A stretch of DNA of 64,000 nucleotides, taken from Eledone cirrhosa (Eukaryota). The notes beneath the pieces are model-generated. The model was not told the origin of the DNA. It saw only the letters and a list, made by a program, of their open reading frames with translations, and made no database searches. The position numbers and the translations under genes are program-made. Each line of letters begins with the position of its first letter. Position 1 is the stretch's first letter. The stretch covers positions 46,686,001 to 46,750,000 of the forward strand of contig OZ024753.1 of assembly GCA_964016885.1 (NCBI GenBank). Reading direction: 5' to 3'. Below, in pieces: positions 26,201-40,448 of this stretch.

Positions 26201-26767
26201 TGTATATATATCATCATCATTCTCATCATCATCACAACACACCACTACAACACCTCACCCCACCACTACTTCAGCTCAAATACAAACTATACAAAGACTT
26301 ATTGAAATTCATTTCTTGTTATTTCTAAATATTAACCTCTATTATTGTTGGTATTGTAGTTGTAATTGTTGTTGTTGTTGCTGTAATGGTTGTTGTTGTT
26401 GCCATTGTCAACAGAGAATTACAATTAAGTTGTTAATTAACAACCCACATTGTTTTAATTGACTTAGATAACTTGTCCACTTATAAGGAGGAGAGAAACC
26501 CTCTCTATGTATATGTGTATGTTTATACATGTTTGTGTTTATACGTGTGTGTGTATATGTGTGTGATGTTATGATGGACATCAAACTCAGTCAAGTCATT
26601 TATTGATCCACATTTTAATTAAACAATATTAAAATAATAATAACAACAACAGAAATTCATTGCCCCTCCTTACCCTTCACCCTAGTTATTATTGTTTCAA
26701 ACGAAGGGAGGAGAGTATCTTTATTTTGTAATATATATATAATCATATATATATATATATACACACG

Positions 26768-26826
<59 letters not shown>

Positions 26827-28708
26827 TTTTCTGTGATTGGTTTAGTGTTTTCATCAGAGGTAAAAAATAAACTGAAAAACTCACTCCCAAACCATTTTAC
26901 TTTGTACTACTGTTGTTCTTGATAGTTTTCTAGTGGAGATCAAATATTCTAGCAACAACAATAATTTCAACCCTTTCTTTGCTTTATTTCTAATATATGA
27001 TAAATGTTTTATTCATAAAGGCAGGAATAGGGCCTACAGATCTTATGACAATCTTTGTACCAGTCATTGGGTCCTTTTTGAAGCAATATTTTACAGTCAG
27101 ATACCCTTCTTTGTGTCAACCCTTTTTGTTGCCACTTCAAACACATAGGGTTATGGTGTACCTATTTTGAACAAGATACAAATGGCATATGACTCTATGA
27201 TTTTAAAATAATTTTGAAAATAAACAAGATTTTTGAGGATTTAATAATATGACTAACTTTTTCATTATCAAGCCAGTGTTTAAAACATATTGTAAAATTT
27301 TCTTACATAAAATTATGATGGAAGCTTAACATTTATGGCTTCAGTGACCTTCTTTAATTATACTTTACAACTTGAATTGAGTACTTTTCTTCCTGTTTGT
27401 TTCTACCAAAGTATTTACAGTAACTTTATTCACTAGCCACAGTTTCTTAATTTTCCTAAAGAACTCTTCCATGGTGAAACTCTGAGTTGTAAAGATGCAT
27501 TGCTAGGTTATATTTCTCAACTTGAAATATGTTTTATTAACTTAAATATTTAGGTACTCTCTTTGTTTCTAAAAACACCATACACTGGCTTGGCTGTTGC
27601 TGTTGATCCCGTTGCTGCTGTCTAACTTATTTCACTCTCCCTCCCATACACACACATATATACACACATGTAATATTCATTAAAATAATAATAAAAACTC
27701 ACAAAATAAACACAGAATATTGAAATTAAATCAAATTATTCATAAAATGTGTTATCATCATCACCATTATCATCAACATCTCCACCACAATCATTATCAT
27801 CATCATCATCCCAACCATGATCATCATCATAAAATTGCTTATCATATCACCATATTCATCATCATCATCATAAAGTTAACTCAGCTGTTAAGCTAATTGG
27901 AATGTTCTAGTCTAGACAATAAAACAGTGAAGAACTGATGTTTCTTACATCACACACTGGGGAAGGGGGTGGTTCTTGGAGAGCCATGCCTCCTAACAGT
28001 TATTTCAACAGGGATGCTGCTGCTGCTACTACTACTACTACTACATTGTGATAATTTAGGCTACATTGATCTCTTTACTTGCAGATTCTCATTTAGGTAA
28101 AAATCTTTAAGTGAAAGTAGAAAACCATTTTAATTAATTCAGTTTATAAAAACTGAATTTTTGGTTTGGAAACATTTTTGGCTGTTTTTACTTTTTCTTT
28201 TTTTTTTTTTTTTTTGTTCTAAAGAATTTGTGTTTCTGAATTCATGTTTTTGTTTTTATTTTATTTTTAATTTAAATCTTAAATTTGATATTAGTTGAAA
28301 TCTTAAATTAAATATTTCATTAAAGGTGTCAAATGTTATGCAATTAGGTTAATACCTCATAATTTGTTGGTGTCTTTCTTATGTGTTTAGCATATTTATG
28401 TTGTTGTTTATTTATAATTGTGTTTATGAGTCATAATTATTTAAAATGGAAGGTTTTATATATATATATATGAACAGTTTAAGCATTGAATCGTTAGAAA
28501 CTGGGATAGTGTGAAATCTGTGAATGCAAATATAAACATTGTAAAATGAGAGTGTCAAGTAGAACTTTGGCTGCAAGAGATAGATTAGAAAGAATAACAT
28601 TTATCTCATTTGACAAGGTGAAAGAACTAATACATATTAACAGTGTGTATAGCTTATTAAGTGTACAGAAGATGTGAATAAATTATAACTGTCCTCCAAG
28701 CAACCCAG

Positions 28709-28903
28709 TTATTTGAACTCATCCAGAATATCAAATTCAGAAAGAGCAGTAATCCCTTCCAGCAGGATTTAAAGAAAAGCATTAGAAAGATAAAGGGTTC
28801 TAATGCCGTGCATGTCCACTCTGATAAGTCTGATAATCTGTATCAGGCTGAAAGGAGTTCTTACCATCGATTTTTATCTAATGCCATCACCAAAAGATTC
28901 CAA
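28709..28903 (+). mobile_element. Penelope-like element reverse transcriptase N-terminal fragment
   Basis: 65 open codons, LFELIQNIKFRKSSNPFQQDLKKSIRKIKGSNAVHVHSDKSDNLYQAERSSYHRFLSNAITKRFQ. Resembles the I.F...N.FQ..L / V.ADK..NLY.....Y pattern at the start of PLE RTs. Recognised by eye. Confidence 0.65.
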
Positions 28904-29944
28904 GGAAACTGGTCATACTGAGTGTGTTTGTATGTGTGTGTTGTTGTTGTTGTAAGATATGGTGATGGAGATGGGGAGATTAGAGTCTCAGAAATTTAAT
29001 TATTCAGCTAAATAATTTACCACCAAATTAGAATTTATTTCATTTATCTGTGTTGTTGTTATATGATCACTATCATCACCATTACTATCATCATCATTAT
29101 CAATAGCACTATTATCACCATAACAATCACCATAACCATTACTATCATCATACTCTCTCCTTGTTTTCTCCTCTTCACTGCCATCATGTGTTTATGTATT
29201 TTAGCTCTGATAGTAATAATTATACAAATAATATTCTCAGTTCAAATTATGTCTAAAACTCCATAATTCTTATTCTCTTTCTCATTATTATTTTCCACGT
29301 TGATGTTCTATAAAGATTTAGTTGAGGATAAATGTGATGACATTCTTGGAGAGAATCTGGGGATCACTGAAAGTCAGCTAGTCACATTTTTCCAGAGGAC
29401 TGATTGCAGATCCCACAGATAATTTCCAGAAATCCTGGCCTAGCAGTGCTACCAGGGAGCATTGCCAGTCCAAGACAAACTCTAAAGACATCGAAGTGCC
29501 ATCAGCCAAGCCTGTCTAAGATGCATGTTGGGTAATTAAACTGTCCTGTGTGCACTCATCAAGTGCTGACTTGTGGGTTTATTATTATTATTATTATTAA
29601 GTGTGTTGGATTGGCAACAGAGTTAGTAGAGTGGCAGACAACATGCTTTGTGACATACAGTTACAGCCCTTTATGTTTTGGGTTCAAATCCCACCGAGGT
29701 TAGCTTTGCCTTTCATCTTTACGTGGTCGATGAAATAAAGCACCAGCAATGCACTGGGATCAATTTAATTGACTTTCCCCTCCCCCATATTTGTTGGCCT
29801 TGTGCCTAAATTAGAAACCATTATTATTAGTAAAGTGAAATGACATGAGAGGCAGCACTGAGTCACCTTGTGTTGTGTTTATTGATTGGTAAATGTGTTC
29901 CAAATGAGGTCAGCCTCACCTTATATCGTCATCAGTCTTACAAT

Positions 29945-30367
29945 CATCATCATCATCACTACCAACACCATCACCACCACCACCACTATCATCACTACTA
30001 CCATCATCACCTCTTCATCATCATCATCTAAACCATTACCATCATCACCGTCATCAGAATCAGCAGCCAGCAGCGTCAGCAGTTAACATCATTTTCTGTA
30101 AGTCACATACTATTAAGTCACATAAATCATCATCACCATCACCATCATCATCATCATCCACACCATCATCACCATCATCATCATCCACACCATCATCAAC
30201 ATCATCATCAACACCATCATCACTATCATCATCATCATCATCATCATCATCAACATCATCATCAACACCACCATCATCATCATCATCATCATCATCACCA
30301 TCATCAATATCATCAACACCATCAACATCATCACCACCATCATCACTATCATCAACACCATCACCAC

Positions 30368-30412
<45 letters not shown>

Positions 30413-30675
30413 TAGCATGATTAACATTATTACAATCAATATTACCACTACCATCACCAACATCAACAGTATTGTCAACACCATTACTACCATCACTACT
30501 ACTACTACTGCTGCTACTACTACTACTGCTGCTACTTCTACTACTACTACAGCTGCTACTGCTGCTACAACTACTATTACTGTAAATATCAGTCAGTCGG
30601 CAATACAATACAATTAACCACCACCACCACTATCACCACCACCACCACCACTATCACCACCACCACCACCATCAT
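29945..30675. repeat. (CAT/CAC/CTA)n compound trinucleotide array
   Basis: Directly visible; source of the poly-D and poly-M pseudo-ORFs. Confidence 0.95.
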
Positions 30676-30788
30676 AATAATCGTCATCGATCTCCAATGA
30701 CCTTGTTTTTATAATGTATTATTTATTTATTTATTCCTCCGCCTCCTTCAGATATAGTCTCCTTTCTAACTCAGATCACAGTTAACAT

Positions 30789-30802
30789 GTTGTCATGGTA
30801 AC
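30789..30802. promoter_or_regulatory. RFX X-box motif GTTGTCATGGTAAC
   Basis: 14/14 match to GTHNYYATRRNAAC inside a ~180-bp non-repetitive island between microsatellites. Confidence 0.4.
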
Positions 30803-30961
30803 ATTCACCCGTTGTCCAAAGTTTGACCATTTTCTCAAGGGCCCTGCCAGAAGCATTTCACAATTATCAGCAAATTCCTTGCGTAAATATACTCTCGTGT
30901 TTGTCTATTGATCTCTATATGTGTATATGTATATGTGTGTATGGATGGATGTATGTGCATG

Positions 30962-31009
<48 letters not shown>

Positions 31010-31019
31010 TATATGTATG

Positions 31020-31059
<40 letters not shown>

Positions 31060-31061
31060 CA

Positions 31062-31131
<70 letters not shown>

Positions 31132-31689
31132 TATGTATATATAATGTGTTTGTGTGCTTGTATATATGTATATGTGTGTATGTGTGTGTGTGTGTGTGTG
31201 TGTATAGAGAAAGGGAGAGGGGGAAAACAGATGCGTATGTATGCATTTTTGTGTGTGTGTATATATATTAAAAGTTTGCGTGCGCAGTAAATTCTCTTTT
31301 ATATTTTATTTCATTAAACTACAACTTTACATTTCTATATCCATAACAATTTGATAGGACTAACTTGTTGTAATGTGAACATTTTTCCATGTTATGCATT
31401 TTGTACATTTCATACACTATATATATACACACATACACACACATACATATATGTGTGTGTGTGTGTATTGTTGCCTGAATATGGGATTATAATCATTAAA
31501 GTTCCCTCAATATGTAAATAGTAAATAAAGGTAAACATACTATATTATATAAAATACATAGCAAACTGGCGTGTGTCTTCTTCTGTACTCAATAAGATCA
31601 GCTTGCTTCAGGAAACTGAGTACCTACAGTAATAACACCATTAGAAAATCTGGTAAACTACCCTTAGAGACAGAAAACTAAGTGGAGAG

Positions 31690-31890
31690 ATCCAAGATTT
31701 GGCTTCTGCTGTTCAGCGATCATTTTGGGTTCTGTTCAACAGACTTTCAGACCATGTCAATAACTTCCTGTGTACAATTCTTGGGTCATGTAGAGTGGAT
31801 AGGAAGGTCTTCAGACATTGTATTCAGGTTCTCTACTGTCCTATTGATCTCAAACCTTTTCATCTAGTTTTTTATTTTGGCTTTGAAAAG
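31690..31890 (-). pseudogene. Decayed Tc1/mariner-family transposase N-terminal (HTH) fragment
   Basis: Reverse strand: KN*MKRFEINRTVENLN..*PRIV..QEVIDMV*KSVEQNPK*SLNSRSQILDLS. Resembles the KFE.TGSV..RPR..R..E.I..V..SV...P..S.R.RS..L pattern; several stops. Confidence 0.55.
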
Positions 31891-32295
31891 AAATTTGTCC
31901 ATTCCAAACAGTACATGAAATTGCTCCTGGTCCTTCTTATATGAGCCACATTTATAGTAGGGTTTCACGCTGGTGCTGGGACTCACATAGGTATCATATT
32001 GTCTTCTCAGACGTATCTGCTATGTCCTGAAATTTAAGGTTGACTGGTTAGAAAATGAATATATAGTAACACAAAACATGCGTGGGGACCAGTGTTTTTA
32101 GTCACCCTGCATACACACACACACATGCATTTTAAGGGGAGTTAAATAACTTCGATTAGGAAGCAAACCACAACTAGGTAATTCAGGGAGCTAAATGTAA
32201 ATCTCTGCATAACCCTCAAAATGAATAACCTCTAGTTATTGTATGTATGTAAATATGTATGTGTATATAATGTATATGTATATATATATATATAT

Positions 32296-32488
32296 AACGA
32301 AGGAAATGTGGTAAGGAACCAGATGGACCATAACGCACCAAAGTACTCAATACTTAGGGTAGTAGAGTGGGTAATAGGAACGAGTAGGACCCCGATGGCT
32401 GAGCTCAAGCCGTTTCGACGGCTAATTCTGGACTCAGAATTAGCCATCAAAATGGCTTGAGCTCAGCCGTCGGGGTCCTACTCGTTCC

Positions 32489-32491
<3 letters not shown>
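32296..32491 (+). mobile_element. (TA)n-embedded element: unique tail plus 118-bp palindrome built from a 3' half-hammerhead
   Basis: Palindrome 32374-32430 / 32435-32491 with loop GACT. Arm consensus is AGCCGTC-GAAACGGCT-TGAGCTC-AGCCGTC-GGGG. The tail is shared with 60277-60421 and 21021-21142. Confidence 0.75.
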
Positions 32492-32543
<52 letters not shown>

Positions 32544-34399
32544 CTCTACATAATGATCATAGTTAATGACATTCTATTTTCTAAGCCATTTAATCTAACC
32601 AGCTGCTTAACTTATTTCTTCCTTCACCTCATCCCCCTCATACTCTCCCCCACCTTACCCCTCTCATACTCCCCCACCTCATCCTCTCATGCTCCCTCTC
32701 CACCTTCTTGCCCTTCCTCTTCTCTATATATCCCCATATCACACACATGCTGCACACCCACATCCTTCTACTCTCTCTCTCTCTCTCCTATGTATCTATC
32801 TATCTATCTGGATCTTTCTTCACTACTTACCCCCTTCTTCATCCCTCTCACCTTCTCTTACCCACCACCACCTTCTCCACCCATCTACATAAACAACACC
32901 TCACCACCTTCATCTCGGTTTTATTCTGTTTGCCATCACTACCACCATACACACATGTATAACTGGTATCTCTCTCTCTCTGTATAGTAAAATAATATTT
33001 AGTTTAATAATTCCTTCATTACAAAATGTGAAGACATTTGAATTTTCTTAACTTTTGTAATCTTCTTTGGTCCTTGTGGCTAATAAAAGAAGCCATTATT
33101 ATTGGCTTACGGAGTTCATATTCTACTGAGATCAACTTTTTCTTTCATCCTTCTGTGATCAATAACAGAAAATACTAGCCATGTACCAGGGTTAATTCAA
33201 TTGACTGACTCACAGCCCCAAAGGGTGCCTAAATTAGACACAATATATCATACAGAGTGGGGAAGAGAGAGATTTAGCATATGGGTTGAAAGTGGAGTAT
33301 ATATACTGAGGTGAGTGGCATGTAATGAGTGTAATAAAAGGGCAATGGATACTTACACACACACATACACATATGTATATAGTGACAAATAACTTTATAT
33401 ATGTGTATGTGTGTGTGTGTGTAATGAGTGTTTGTGCTGTTTGTTTGATAAATAAGGAAAAAATTAAAGTAATTCATAAGGTCAATGATGATGATATGTT
33501 TCAACCACTCCCTTTTATTCTCTCCCTGCTGCTAATGTAAGATAAAATAATAAGGAAGGTATGAGAAAAGGTGAGAGGGTGGAGAGAGGATAAATCTAGT
33601 AAAGGAATAACATCTATGAACATTGTAAGAAATAAGGAATGCCATGGAAACAAAAAAGACAAAAAAGACATTAATTGATAAAATGCAAAAAATAAGAAAT
33701 GAATTAAAATATATAAACAGAAAAATAATAAATGCAATAAAATGCAAAAATAAATGATACAACGAAAAAATTAAGAAAATATAAATATATTAATAAACAA
33801 CATATTTTTTTGATAGGAATCAGAATTGTGGCCTAAATTAATCTCAAAGAATTTTGTTTGTTTTTACAACCTTCAGCTTTAAATAGTAATGATGATGATG
33901 ATGATGATGATGATAATAATAATAAATTGTTTTTGTTGTTAAATATTTTTTCTTTACTTCCCCTGGCAACATTTTTCACATCATTTGTTCCTGTTAGCCT
34001 TATTAATGTTGCTTTTATTTTTCTTGTTAATGGTGGTGGTGTTGATGATGGCAGTGGTGGTGGGATGTTTTTTTAAGTCTGAGAATTATTATGTAGGAGT
34101 TGAAAGGAGGTGGAGGTGAGAAAGGAGAGCTATGTATGTATATAGGGCAAAGATTTTTTAAAATACCATAATGTAAATAATTTGGTTGATTCCTGGCAGA
34201 ATTATTAATAATAATAATGTGTTGTTAAGGGGTTTACTTTGAAGTCAAGTGGTTCTAGGTTCTTTTTTCTTGAGTGGCATCTTGGACAAATATTTTCTAC
34301 TATAGCCTCAGGTTGTGAGTGGAATTTGGTAGAGTGTTGAATAGTTACCAAAAGGGAGATAAGTATCAAAGGAGGCAGAAAAAAATGTGTTATGTGTTT

Positions 34400-34990
34400 G
34401 TACAAAGTTATCAGAATATGAAAGTCATGGTGTGCATTGGATCATGACTACATATCCATACTTGCATAAGATTAAATGGTTTCCAAGTTGATTAAAGCCC
34501 ACATTTCATTCAATGTATATATTATAAATAGAAATCTTTTAGATGGTACTATATATATACCTGGAGCAAGACCACAACACAAACCAAAACTGCATTTCAA
34601 GGATTTTGTGAAAGATTCCTTAACACAGTGCAAACTTGACCCATCTTGTTGTGAGGTCATGACTTTAGATAGAAATGGTGAACTATTATATCTAATGGTA
34701 TAAGACTTTTTCAGGTTTATAATTTGGAATGGGTTAGCATCAATTGAGCAGCTCAGAAAGGCCAATATAGGGAGACGTCTGTACCTCAGTTTGTATGCAA
34801 TGTATGTGACCGAATATGCCTGTCGAAAGCTGGCATTACAAGTCATCTATGTAAACCTGTAGAAATGCCAAAGGTCAAATATAACCAATTCCTTGCAGCC
34901 ACTCTGACATGTGGTACATGTGTCAGAGAATTTTTGGAATAAGTCAGGACAAACAAAGCATTCAAAAATACATAATCGTGGTCTGAATCA
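34400..34990 (+). mobile_element. RTE/BovB-like LINE C-terminal fragment
   Basis: GARPQHKPKLHFKDFVKDSLTQCKLDPSCCEVMTLDRN followed by a zinc-finger-like CNVCDRICLSKAGITSH. Confidence 0.7.
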
Positions 34991-35219
34991 GAATGAAGAA
35001 CTGATGGAAGAAGTCAATTCCAATTCATTTCATATGACAAAACATGCAAGTACCTAGCAGACTTTAAAAGCAACTACAGGGCTCACAACCACTGATAGAG
35101 ATATATCATTTGTCAGTAATAATCTTACTAGTCTAATGAGTTGACAGCCATTGGGCATGAGAAAAAAGAGAGCGAGATTTAAATGGTGGCAGTAATGGTG
35201 GTTATGTATACATATAACA

Positions 35220-35625
35220 TGCGATGGGCAACAACTGCAGAGGATATGTGACGACTGGAGAGAAATGAGGCAAGCATGCTTCATTGGATGTGCAATGTCA
35301 ATGTGCGTGAACGACCGAGCATGGATGTGTTGAGAGCGAAACTGTGTCTGGGAGGGATAAATTGTAGTGTGCGAGAGAGGAGACTGCGATGGTATGGACA
35401 TGTGATGTGCATGGAGGATGACCGGTGGGTAAAGAAATGTCAAAAAATCCCAGTAGAAGGAAGACGCATTAGAGGAAGACCATGAAAAAACATGGGCAGA
35501 GGTGGTGAGAGCAGACCTCAGATCGCTGAAGCTCACAGAGGAGACGATGAAGGACCGTGACAAGTGAAGAGATGCTGTGCTGAATAGGACCCGTCCCACC
35601 CTTGCAAGCAGGGAAAAGCAGACGT

Positions 35626-35660
<35 letters not shown>
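35220..35660 (+). mobile_element. RTE-clade LINE 3' end with (GAT)n tail
   Basis: MLHWMCNV...RERRLRWYGHVMCMEDDRWVKKCQKIPVEGRRIRGRP*KTWAEVVRADL, then CCCACCCTTGCAAGCAGGGAAA..CGTA(TGA)n. Confidence 0.9.
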
Positions 35661-35697
<37 letters not shown>

Positions 35698-38600
35698 GTG
35701 TGTGTGTGCATGTTAGACTAAATGACAACTTCAGCAACAGCCGTTTCTGCCCCAAATGGACTTCTCTTCATTTAAAAATCTTATTAGGACATTATAATTT
35801 AGTGTAGTAGTGTGGATAGGAAACGATGAAGTAGTGACATTTATGGGTTTCTATAACAACACATCATTCTTTGTCTATTTCTCTCTGGCATTTCTTATTC
35901 ACTTTTAAGATTTCTTCATCATCTTAAATTTGGTTCTTCATGAATTCTGATTAGTTTACTACACAGATAAATAAACCACCATGAGACCAGATTTATATAT
36001 GAAAGTTTGGTTTGTAACCTTTTAGGAATTGGCTCAAGACAGCAAGAATTATTTCTAAACAGTCTTTGAGTGTTTATTGAGGTATAGATACACATCTTTT
36101 GGTATTTCCAAAAGATGCTCTGAGCCATCTTAAGAGAAAGAAAGGAAATAAAATAGAAAAAGAAAGGAGAAAGGAAAATGAGAGAGGAAAAGTAGGAAGA
36201 GAAAGTTGCAAAAGAGAGGGAGAGAGGGGAAGAGAGAGAGATAGGTAGGATGAAAATGAGAATTTATTAACAGGAGACTGCTTCCGTAATGAAATGTCAG
36301 TATGGTACAGTGGCATCGTTGAATCTAAATATCAATGTTTAGGAAACAAAGGAATTTCTCTTGTATTACTATTAAGGAGAGAGTGCCTGGGGAGCATGAG
36401 AGGAAGGTAGAGGAAGAGTGATAGAAGGAAATAAGAAAAATGAAGGCATTCATTAAGTAAGATCTATGTATAGTGTAGTATAGGTATGTGTTGTCTGCTG
36501 GCACTTGACTGTACATGTCGTTTTGACATGTCCGCACTCTCCAAGATGGCTAGGTTCCTGCTAGACATATCTTTTAACCTTATTTATGTTTTAGTAATGG
36601 AGATAATAAAACAATCAGAAAACTTTTAATCACAAATACATATTTCAATCTTAAATTGGGTTTCATCAGTGTAATATGAAATTTTAGATTATTTATGAAA
36701 TAATTGTTTCTAATTTTGGCATAAGGCCAGCAATTACCCAGTTCATTACTGGTACTTTATTTTATCAACCCCGTAAGGATGAAAGGCAAAGTTAACCTCG
36801 ACGGGATTTGAACTCAGACCGTAAAGGGACGTAACTATGTTGGAAAGCATGACGTCCGACCCTCTAATGGTTTCTAATTCAAGCACAAGACCAGTAAACT
36901 GCTGGAAGGAAAACATTGATTAATTTGACCCTGAAATTTATTTATGAAAATATTGACCACGGCTTTTCAATTCATGCAGAAAGAGAGAGAGAAAGTGAGT
37001 GTGTGTGTCTTCACTTTACATTTGACAGTGTTAGTTGTGAAAGTATCACAGCTCCATGGTTTGGTGTGTGGAAGTCAGAATCTTACTTTAGAAATAAATA
37101 TGGACTGGTATTAGGAAAGGCATCTGAGTAAAGAACACTGCTTCAAGTAAGTCCTGTCGAACCTAAACATAAAAAAAGAAACGAACATAAGACTGATGGT
37201 GATGATCATGGAGTTGGCTTCATCAATCCTGGTTAAATAGTGACACAAATATAAGAGGATGATAGTATCAGTTCTAAACATGAGATAATGTTTGTGAAAA
37301 AGACATATTTCATTAGAGTTGGAATTGGTTTAATACAGAGAGATTGCTGATCGAGTTACAGACTCTTAGTAATTTCTATCATTGATTCATTTTATTTGCA
37401 TATTCTCAATGTATATTTTTATGTATGAGAGTGTATATACATACACATATATATGCATGTATATGTTTGTGAAAGCACATATATATATATATATATATAC
37501 ATGTGTATGAGTAAGTTGTTTTATAAGAAATTTTATGTTTTAGTTTGTATAAATATGTGTGTGATTGCTTATACATACATATTGTGTATATTTACATATA
37601 TATACATAAATGCATGAATAGATATATTCATCTCTCTCGCTCTCTCTCTCTATATATATATATATATGAGTGTGTGTATATATATATGAAAGAGAGAAGT
37701 GAGCTTTTCCATATCATCTATTAATAATGCATACTTATGTAATCTAAAAAAAATAGAGAAAAACAAAAAGAAAAGGACAACAAAAAGTGAATAAATACTC
37801 ATACACAGTCTTTCACATATACACACACTTACATCCCATCCCCACCCCACACACAGACAAGCACCCATCCACAGAAGCTGCAACACAAAAGCCATATCAA
37901 AATCAATTGATTTTTACCTAATTATTAGTATTAATTACTTAAAGAGAATTGCTATGTAGAACTGGCAAATGAGCCACTAATCATGTATTATCTAAGCTTT
38001 CTTCAGAAGACTTCTGCTATTTTGTTTCAACATTTTGGCAACCACAATATTTCACCAGAAGATGCAGCTATAAATACATCATCATCATCACCTGATAAAG
38101 TCTGTTTCTCCTGCTAGCAAGACATAGGTCATCACAGATCTCTGATCTCTCTCTACAGAGTGTACTGTGTATGTGGAATGCTCAGACACTAGTGAAGTAA
38201 TTTTACAAGGTTCCATTAATGAAACAACTGGAATACTTGTTGTGAGAAGCAATGGATGTCCAACACACACTTTACTAATAATATATAGTTTTATATTTAT
38301 AAAACATACTCACACATAGTTGAATGTTGTTCACTTTAGAATCACGAAGTTCTAAGTTTGGTCCAATTGCTTGACATTGGGTACAAATGTCTTTTACCAT
38401 AGCTTCGGTTCAACCACAGAAATTAGGTAGACAGAAACTATATAAAAGCCAAAGTCAACTTTTCTTTTCATATTTCTGGGGTCGATAAAATAAAGTACAA
38501 GTAATGCACTGGGGTCGATTTAGTCGACTTTCCCCTTTCGTTCAAATTGCTGGCCTTGTGCCTAAAGTAGAAACACTTATTATTATTAACTCACCGAGGT

Positions 38601-38729
38601 TAACTTTGCCTTTCATCTTTGCCTTTCATCCTTACGGGGCCGATAAAATAAAGTACCAGTAACATACTGGATAATTGCTGGCCTTGTGCCAAAAGTAGAA
38701 ACAGTTATTATTAGTCTTATGTATATTGT

Positions 38730-39110
38730 GTGTCACCACTGCATGACTGAGCACAACTCTGTGTTCCTTGGTTATGTGCAGTGTTGTTTTTAGTGCTATT
38801 GTTTCTATTGTATTGAGAGTACTCTTTGTAATACGTGTACAGTGTGTAGTAGAGCTATTTTCTGTATGCTGTGAGTGCTGGGTTTTGGTTATATATTTGT
38901 CTGTGTGTTTTATAATCCTTCCCAGAGCACCTAACATTATAAGTATTGTTTCAGTTTTCATCATCCACATTCGAGTTATTTCTATCTAGATCTTTATATT
39001 TGGATAGTTTCTCCATTTTCTTTGTAGATATATTATCGTCTGTGTGGGTTGATATGTCAATTAGAAGGCGTTTTTCTGGTCAGCTGGCTTTGATCTCCCT
39101 CTCTATGTGT
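38730..39110 (-). mobile_element. R4/Dong-like LINE 3' end
   Basis: Reverse strand: LLIDISTHTDDNISTKKMEKLSKYKDL.IEITRMWMMKTETILIMLGALGRI; between (TTA)n tracts. Related pieces at 25550-25722, 43725-43960, 58650-58880 and 63420-63580. Confidence 0.8.
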
Positions 39111-39202
39111 ATTGGTATATCATCATTATTATTATTATTATTATGGTCTTTTATTCTGTCAATTAATAATTCTTTCATCTTTGTTTTGTTATCTCTTTAC
39201 AG

Positions 39203-39331
39203 AAGACAGAAAGTTGTTTGTCGGCATGCTCAATAAACAGCAAACAGAAGATGACATACGTCAGTTATTTCAGCCTTATGGAACGATTGAAGAATGCACA
39301 ATACTGCGAGATCAAAATGGAAATAGCAAGG
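39203..39331 (+). CDS. CELF: Internal coding exon of a CELF/Bruno-like RNA-binding protein (CELF3-6 / bru3 type), first part of RRM2
   Basis: Pyrimidine tract + tacAG acceptor (39201-39202) and G|GTAAGA donor at 39332. 129 nt, phase 1/1. Translates (E)[42 protein letters not shown](G), with RNP2 LFVGML, matching CELF3-6 RRM2 as I recall it. The paralogue number cannot be assigned. Confidence 0.95.
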
Positions 39332-39806
39332 GTAAGATATTATGTTGTTCTTCATTTTTATTATTATCATTTTACCTCTATTTTTTTTTTCTTGGGCTCA
39401 AGTCTGGCACCTATTTTATTAGTCTTTTTTAAAGTTGTGGGATATAAGCCCATACACACACACACACAGGTATATATATTTATGATAGATCTCTGCAGTT
39501 TCTGCCTAATAAATGTCAGTCACAAGGCATTGGTCAGCCCATGGTTATTGTAGATAACATTTGCCTGAGGGGCTATGCAATATGACTGAACCCTAAAGAC
39601 CATATGGTTGTGAGATGAACACATTAACCACACAGCCATTCCCGCACTTAGATAATGGGGAAAAAAATGAAAAAGTAAGATGAATTGGAAAGACCAACAT
39701 TTGTGTCAAATTATAATTTGTGAGGGATGTGAATTGAAGTAGAACCTAAAACATTTTGAACGAAATGTTAATCTCTACTTTATCACAAACTCCACCACTT
39801 ATATAC

Positions 39807-39837
<31 letters not shown>

Positions 39838-40192
39838 CTTCTTCTTCTTCTTCTTCTTCTTCTTCTTCTTCTTCTTCTTCTTCTTCTTCTTCTTCTTCTT
39901 CTTCCATCAATAAGCCTTATAGTTCTAGTGAAACTATCATGTTGTTTTTATTTTCTCTTTTCTTACAATGTTTACTTATTTCAGTGGGGTTTTTTCTTTG
40001 TTTTATTTTATTGACTTTTTTAAAAATCTATTGTCATTGATTGATTGATTTCATTGATTTTTCTTTATTTATTATTTCTGTTTTTTTTTTTAAATGCTTC
40101 TCTCTTGTTTTCTCAATCTCTCCCTCCCTATCTTTCTCTTTGTATTTCCCTATTTCTCTATCTATCTCTCAACGTCTCTCTCTCTCTCTGTA

Positions 40193-40227
<35 letters not shown>

Positions 40228-40267
40228 CACATACACTCTCTCTCTATATATATATATATCACACACA

Positions 40268-40369
<102 letters not shown>

Positions 40370-40448
40370 CCCATCCAAATATAGTTGACATTTCTCCAAT
40401 ATATTCTAAATACACTCTTCGTCTCTCTCTCTCCCTTTCTCCTTGCAG

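Noticed and set aside
30060-30608. Asp-rich 182-aa ORF resembling a biomineralisation protein
   Set aside because: Reverse reading of a (CAT)n array; no signal peptide or exon structure.
39112-39432. ORF-track 106-aa protein as a complete gene
   Set aside because: Only 39203-39331 is exon; the flanks are intron read-through.
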